Below are positions 59,047-64,000 of a stretch of DNA of 64,000 nucleotides, piece after piece. A program made the position numbers and the translations under genes. Under the pieces are notes generated by a model. It had not been told where the DNA came from and made no database searches. It saw nothing but the letters and a program-made list of their open reading frames with translations. Numbering within the stretch: the stretch's first letter is position 1; each line of letters begins with the position of its first letter. The stretch is from Histomonas meleagridis 2922-C6/04-290x (Eukaryota > Protista > Parabasalia). The DNA lies in contig JAANOX010000121.1 in NCBI GenBank assembly GCA_020184695.1, forward strand, positions 124,001 through 188,000. Reading direction: 5' to 3'.

Positions 59047-60426
59047 TTAAAGTTCCGAGGAAACTTCGTCCAATATCCTTTCTATATCCTTTATCTTCTT
59101 TTCATTATATTTCGGTACCTTTGATGGCTTCATTGCGTTACTTCTAATGAAAGTGAGTATTGATTCATAATCGCGCTCACCTTCGTACATTACTGGCATA
59201 CCATTTTTTTCGTTTGCCTTAAAGAAGTATATTGTTGGGTAACCTTGTGTATCTGGGTAATCTACCAAAACGTCATTTTTATCTTCGTCTATATAATAAA
59301 CTCTTACGTTTGATTTTTTAAGGTATCTAGAAAGCACCTCAGCTGTTCTCTTAAACTCCTTTGAGTAATTACACCAAGAAGCAGTGATTGCTAGAAGTAT
59401 ATCATCGCCCTTTTGATTGAACTTTTCAACGAGGGTGCCCCCGACGGTTTTGGCGGTTTCCTCCTTTGAGGGAATTTCCTCGCTGTAAACATATGGCTTC
59501 TCCTGGCCCTTCTGGATCCTTGCGATGAAGGCGTCAAGGTACTTCTCGTCGTTATATTGTTCGGGATCAAACACAAAATAACGATTAGTTTTAAGATTAG
59601 TACTATTTAAGATGAAGAAAAATGGCTTTTGAGGTGAACGAAGTTTTGTGAGTTTGATAATACTATTTGAAAGTTTACCATGTGATCCAAAGAAGTCTAT
59701 GTAAGGCCCATATTTGTTCCCTAAGCGACTAAGAATATTATAATGCTTCTCACAAAGAGTTGAATTATGCCCATCCATTATATAACCGCCGATTAACGGT
59801 TTCGTTGTCAAACCAATGTCAAAAATGGAAATAATTGAGGAAAAAGTTTGTTCGTAACCAATATATGTGTTGTACTCAAGCAGCTGTCTCTCAGGAGCTT
59901 TGTAGTAGTAAAATCCTTTTGTGACATTAAGATTGAGAAGTGAGAATAAAGAAGAATTCACAGAATATACAATCGCATCTTCAGGAAAGTTTGTGGGAAT
60001 CTCGGCGCCATCAACAGAAAAGGATGATGGAAATTCGTTATAAAGTATGAAACGTAACTGCTCAATGGAATTGATTGTGACATTGTGTGGATTGGCAACG
60101 CTTTTAAGCCAGTTGATGAAAAATAAAGGACTGATAATTGAGTCACCGATTCGCATTCGTTTTCCATTCATAAATGGAACAACACATGGAAATTGATTAC
60201 ATTGAGATGGTTCAGGTGGAGAAAGAACAAAACTAATTTGGTCTTTGTACATTGTAATTCCTTGACTTAGAACATTAACATCCTCTGGTTTTTCAGTAAA
60301 TAATACAACAGTCTTTGGATGAGAAGTAATAAAATCAACAAGCTCTTGGCCAGAAAGATTTTGGAGTCCTGGAATTTCACCGACTGGTTGTTTCAATCTT
60401 AAAAAAAGGAGGAATACAAGAAGCAT
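59047..60426 (-). CDS. protein disulfide isomerase-like thioredoxin-domain protein
   Basis: Signal peptide; C-terminal Trx domain ASWCNYS...GYPTIYFF...YEGERD. Confidence 0.8.
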   Translation of the reverse strand: MLLVFLLFLRLKQPVGEIPGLQNLSGQELVDFITSHPKTVVLFTEKPEDVNVLSQGITMYKDQISFVLSPPEPSQCNQFPCVVPFMNGKRMRIGDSIISPLFFINWLKSVANPHNVTINSIEQLRFILYNEFPSSFSVDGAEIPTNFPEDAIVYSVNSSLFSLLNLNVTKGFYYYKAPERQLLEYNTYIGYEQTFSSIISIFDIGLTTKPLIGGYIMDGHNSTLCEKHYNILSRLGNKYGPYIDFFGSHGKLSNSIIKLTKLRSPQKPFFFILNSTNLKTNRYFVFDPEQYNDEKYLDAFIARIQKGQEKPYVYSEEIPSKEETAKTVGGTLVEKFNQKGDDILLAITASWCNYSKEFKRTAEVLSRYLKKSNVRVYYIDEDKNDVLVDYPDTQGYPTIYFFKANEKNGMPVMYEGERDYESILTFIRSNAMKPSKVPKYNEKKIKDIERILDEVSSEL

Positions 60427-60648
60427 CACTGATTTCAGATTTGTAAAACTTTTTGGTAATAAAACCGTTTTTGCTATTTGCTTCAGTTGAGATCAAAGTG
60501 CATTTTGATATGAAAAATTAATTTATGCATCCAAAATATCTTTAACAAATGTGCATAACTGAAAATAATAATATATTTTACTGTGATATTTATTTTGGGA
60601 TATTGAGATGGCATTGATATTTTAAATGTCAAAAAGAAATTAATTTCG

Positions 60649-60675
60649 TATATATATATATATATATATATATAT
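60649..60675. repeat. (TA)n microsatellite
   Basis: About 13 TA units. Confidence 0.9.
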
Positions 60676-60912
60676 TATGCATTTATATAGTTCAAGAGAG
60701 AACATGATGAAGTTCTTATAATTATATTCATACATTGATCGACCTTTTTCTCTTATTAAAAGCAGTAAGTGAATGTGGGTACATTATTGCAAATTATGTA
60801 ACATTATATTCAAAAACTAATATTTAGACAATGTCTTGTATTGTTTACTTAAGTTTTGTGTCTCGTTTTTTCATATACAGGTGATGATCATTGTTATATT
60901 ATTTTCATACTA

Positions 60913-62148
60913 ATGAGAATGATTTCTTTTATGTTTTATCTTTTTACAATTCAAACATTTGAAATATTTGATAATAGAACAAAAACACTTACATTAAAAA
61001 CACAAAAAGATTTTGCAAATGTAACATATTATAAAAAAGAAACATTATTTTTAATTATAGAGGGTGAAATTACTACAATACCAAATTCTACATTCAAAGG
61101 TTGGAGTAATCTAGCATCTGTTAAAATTGGTAACTCAGTAACTTTAATTGATAAGTTTGCATTTTCTAGTTGCAAAAATTTATCAAATGCTACTTTAGGT
61201 GAAAATGTTATCACAATTGCAGAAAGCGCATTTTATAGATGCACAAAATTATCAAATGTAATTCTTGGAAATAAATTAACTAAAATTGGTCAGAAAACAT
61301 TTGCCTCTTGTACTTCTCTTAAAAATATTGAAATTCCAAGTTCATTAACTGTTATTAATGTTTCTGTTTTTGATAGTTGTTCTAATTTATCAGTTGTTAT
61401 TATAGGTGAAAATGTGGTTTCAATTGAGGCAAAAGCATTTTACTTATGTACATCTCTAAATTGTCTTTATTATTATGGCCACTCGGAACCTAATATTAGT
61501 AATGATGCATTTAATGGTTCTCCTATCAAATGTGTAATGACATTAGATTCGTATAATTCAACAAAATTTAGTAAACTTATTGTATCAAAAGGAACAACAA
61601 TCGAAAATTGTAATCCATGGCCAACACATCCATTTACACAATCTAACATATATACACAATCTAACATATATACACAATCTAACATATATACACAATCTAA
61701 CTCAAATACACAATCTAACATATATACACAATCTAACATATATACACAATCTAACATATATACACAATCTAACTCATATACACAATCTAACATATATACA
61801 CAATCTAACTCATATACACAATCTAACTCAAATACACAATCTAACTCAAATACACAATCTAACTCAAATACACAATCTAACTCAAATACACAATCTAACT
61901 CAAATACACAATCTAACTCAAATACACAATCTAACTCAAATACACAATCTAACTCAAATACACGATCGAATGCATTTACAACAGCAAATGCATCTTCTGT
62001 AACATATACAAATTCTAACATATATTCTAATTCAATCACGAACTCAAATATTACATCAAATTCATTTCCATTAAGATCTACTTCAAAAACTGTTATACTT
62101 GCTTTTGGTGCAAGTATTATTTCTTTATTATTCTTAATTTTATTTTAA
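60913..62148 (+). CDS. BspA-like leucine-rich-repeat surface protein
   Basis: TpLRR repeats (TIAESAFYRCTKLSNVILG), TQSN repeat stalk, hydrophobic C-terminus; Inr-like TCATAC before ATG 60913. Confidence 0.9.
   Translation: MRMISFMFYLFTIQTFEIFDNRTKTLTLKTQKDFANVTYYKKETLFLIIEGEITTIPNSTFKGWSNLASVKIGNSVTLIDKFAFSSCKNLSNATLGENVITIAESAFYRCTKLSNVILGNKLTKIGQKTFASCTSLKNIEIPSSLTVINVSVFDSCSNLSVVIIGENVVSIEAKAFYLCTSLNCLYYYGHSEPNISNDAFNGSPIKCVMTLDSYNSTKFSKLIVSKGTTIENCNPWPTHPFTQSNIYTQSNIYTQSNIYTQSNSNTQSNIYTQSNIYTQSNIYTQSNSYTQSNIYTQSNSYTQSNSNTQSNSNTQSNSNTQSNSNTQSNSNTQSNSNTQSNSNTQSNSNTRSNAFTTANASSVTYTNSNIYSNSITNSNITSNSFPLRSTSKTVILAFGASIISLLFLILF
61636..61959 (+). repeat. 18-nt coding tandem repeat x18 (TQSN-IY/SY/SN)
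   Basis: ACACAATCTAAC + ATATAT/TCATAT/TCAAAT, 18 units. Confidence 0.95.
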
Positions 62149-62589
62149 TAATCATTCATAATATTTTTAGATATCGAAGAAGAAAAAGACAACAACAGTA
62201 AATGATATCATCAAATTGATGTAATTCAACCTTTAAAATAAAATGAAGAGTTCTCTAAAACATAAATAAAGGGAAGTATTACTTAAATCCTTTAAAAAAT
62301 TATTAATATAAGTTTTGTGTGGGTTAAGAAAAAAAATTAATAAAATAAATTCTACATATATTTAATTATTAATTATCATTTACATTATAAAAATATTGTA
62401 ATGTAACTGATTTGTGAGAATATTTATTTAATGAGATAAAATTAAAAATAATATGATAAGCACAAACTTTTACTATAAATGAAAAAATATGTTTATTTTT
62501 ATTATCAAATTTTTTGTAGTTTATAAGAAAAAAAATTTAAAATAAATATGAAACAAATGGTATTTATCAGGCAAAAAATTAGTTGCTAT

Positions 62590-64000
62590 TTATTCATTGT
62601 CAGATTTATTTTGTTTAATTTCTTTTTCTTCTTCTTTTTCTTTTTCATTTTTAATGTTTTCATCTTCATTTGTTTTATTTTCTTCTTCATTTATTTTTAT
62701 GATATTATTTCCAATAATTTTACCTTTTTCTTCAATTAAATTTTTATTTTCTTTAAATATTGTAAAAATTAAAATTGGTATTGATGCAACAGATAAAGAA
62801 ATAAGGATTACAGCTATTTGATTATTTTCATATATATTTCTTATTGATTTATTATTTCTTTTTTCTGATTGTGAATTATTTGTTAGTTCATTTTGTTTTC
62901 CTTCTTTATTTGATTTTTCTTTTCGACTTTCTTCTAACCTTTCTTTAATTTCGATTTCTTTTAAATCTTTTTCTTGTTTTATAAATTTTGGAATAAAATG
63001 TTCTTCATTCCATTTTCTCACTGATTCTTCATCTGTTGAAATTAATATATTATTAAATCCTAAGTCATTATTAACTTCCCATAATTCAAATCCAGCACCA
63101 TAAATTAAAGGGAAATTATGTGGATGTAAATCTTCAAAATATACTGGATTTAGAATTTGTTTTGGCTTCCATTCTCCAATGAATTTAGGGTTTCCTATAC
63201 GTGGAGCTTCCCATATTCCTTTCCATTTTGGATTTGGTATGAAAGGTGGTTCATATTTTCCACATCCAATTGCATTTACGCATTTTGGATTCTCAATTAA
63301 TGGAGCTTCCCATTCACCATGAATTTCATCATCCCAATCATCAGGTTTAACTGATTTAGGATTATGAATATATTTGGGTTCATTTAATAACCAGCCATCT
63401 GGTGGTGTAGTTTGATTTGGATCAGGGATAAATTCTGGTTCATCATCCCAATCATCTGGTTTCTTAGCATTTGGATCAGGAATTGTTTCTTCATCAACCC
63501 AATTTGCGGGTTTGATATCATTTGGATCATCAATATATTTTGGTGGATTTACAGGTGGATGAATGTCTTCAAGAAGATTACCATTAAAAGATGAATTTCC
63601 ATCAATGAGAATTTCAAATGAATTATTAGGACGAATTATTAATGTATAAAGATGTGTAAGTGTATTTCTTTTGATTACTACGTATTCGTTCATATGTTTC
63701 TCACTAATTTTACCAGTAATTGGATTTTTATATGTGAAAATAAAATGAACTTGATTATTTGAACCACATTTATCAGGACCAAACATTATGATATATTTGG
63801 TTTCATTTGAAAATGTAGTTGGCATAAAGTCTTCTTCGCCAATAAGTTTAATATATGCACCTCCACAATCAAAATATTTTTGATACCGAAATTCATATTG
63901 TAATACAAGTGTTTTCTCTGTTAAATCAAGAGGTTCTTTGAATTTAGTAGAAAGTCCATAGTAAGCCTTTTCATCTTTAATATATATCATCTTTTCACCT
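62590..64000 (-). CDS. CANX: calnexin (5' end lies beyond the window)
   Basis: LVLQYE, CGGAYIKL, IMFGPDKCG, P-domain KPDDWDDE repeats, GFELW, TM segment and acidic tail. Confidence 0.9.
   Translation of the reverse strand, partial: GEKMIYIKDEKAYYGLSTKFKEPLDLTEKTLVLQYEFRYQKYFDCGGAYIKLIGEEDFMPTTFSNETKYIIMFGPDKCGSNNQVHFIFTYKNPITGKISEKHMNEYVVIKRNTLTHLYTLIIRPNNSFEILIDGNSSFNGNLLEDIHPPVNPPKYIDDPNDIKPANWVDEETIPDPNAKKPDDWDDEPEFIPDPNQTTPPDGWLLNEPKYIHNPKSVKPDDWDDEIHGEWEAPLIENPKCVNAIGCGKYEPPFIPNPKWKGIWEAPRIGNPKFIGEWKPKQILNPVYFEDLHPHNFPLIYGAGFELWEVNNDLGFNNILISTDEESVRKWNEEHFIPKFIKQEKDLKEIEIKERLEESRKEKSNKEGKQNELTNNSQSEKRNNKSIRNIYENNQIAVILISLSVASIPILIFTIFKENKNLIEEKGKIIGNNIIKINEEENKTNEDENIKNEKEKEEEKEIKQNKSDNE

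Noticed and set aside
61473-62039. Antisense and alternate-frame ORFs (FELDCV and IHNLTQ repeats), also at 23293-23606 and 22526-22805
   Set aside because: Shadows of stop-free coding repeats and low-complexity regions

Overview
AT-rich, gene-dense, essentially intron-free eukaryotic DNA in the standard genetic code. It is most consistent with a parabasalid (trichomonad) protist; this is an inference from BspA-like LRR genes, trichomonad-type ankyrin genes, TCAYT initiators just upstream of ATGs, and M3/M5-like core promoter motifs on RPL7A. Housekeeping content: cyclin, BEACH protein, ORC3-like, cullin, HEAT protein, PQ-loop, Rab, RPL7A, TyrRS, bromodomain protein, cytoplasmic dynein heavy chain, xanthine dehydrogenase-family enzyme, PDI-like protein, calnexin and tRNA-Arg(UCU). 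Accessory content: a GT11 fucosyltransferase, two BspA genes in an inverted segmental duplication, and two ankyrin-repeat genes. Main result: in both ankyrin genes (minus strand, 4536-7688 and 24684-26309) each ankyrin repeat is encoded by a contiguous block, 90 nt (30 codons) in all regular internal repeats. That block lacks the four beta-hairpin residues (x-x-G-x). Those four codons sit in the intervening DNA one at a time, each preceded by a 17-nt T-rich spacer, giving (17+3)x4 = 80-nt junctions, almost all without GT-AG ends. Removing only the 17-nt spacers restores frame and gives textbook hairpins (NKYGKTPL, DKNGQTAL, DRYGETAL, NKKGKTAL, NNYGETAL, NKDKNTAL). In the first gene the 17+3 unit has expanded into a 20-nt minisatellite whose variation is concentrated in the triplet. 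The pattern is read directly from the sequence; the mechanism and whether these loci are expressed are unknown.
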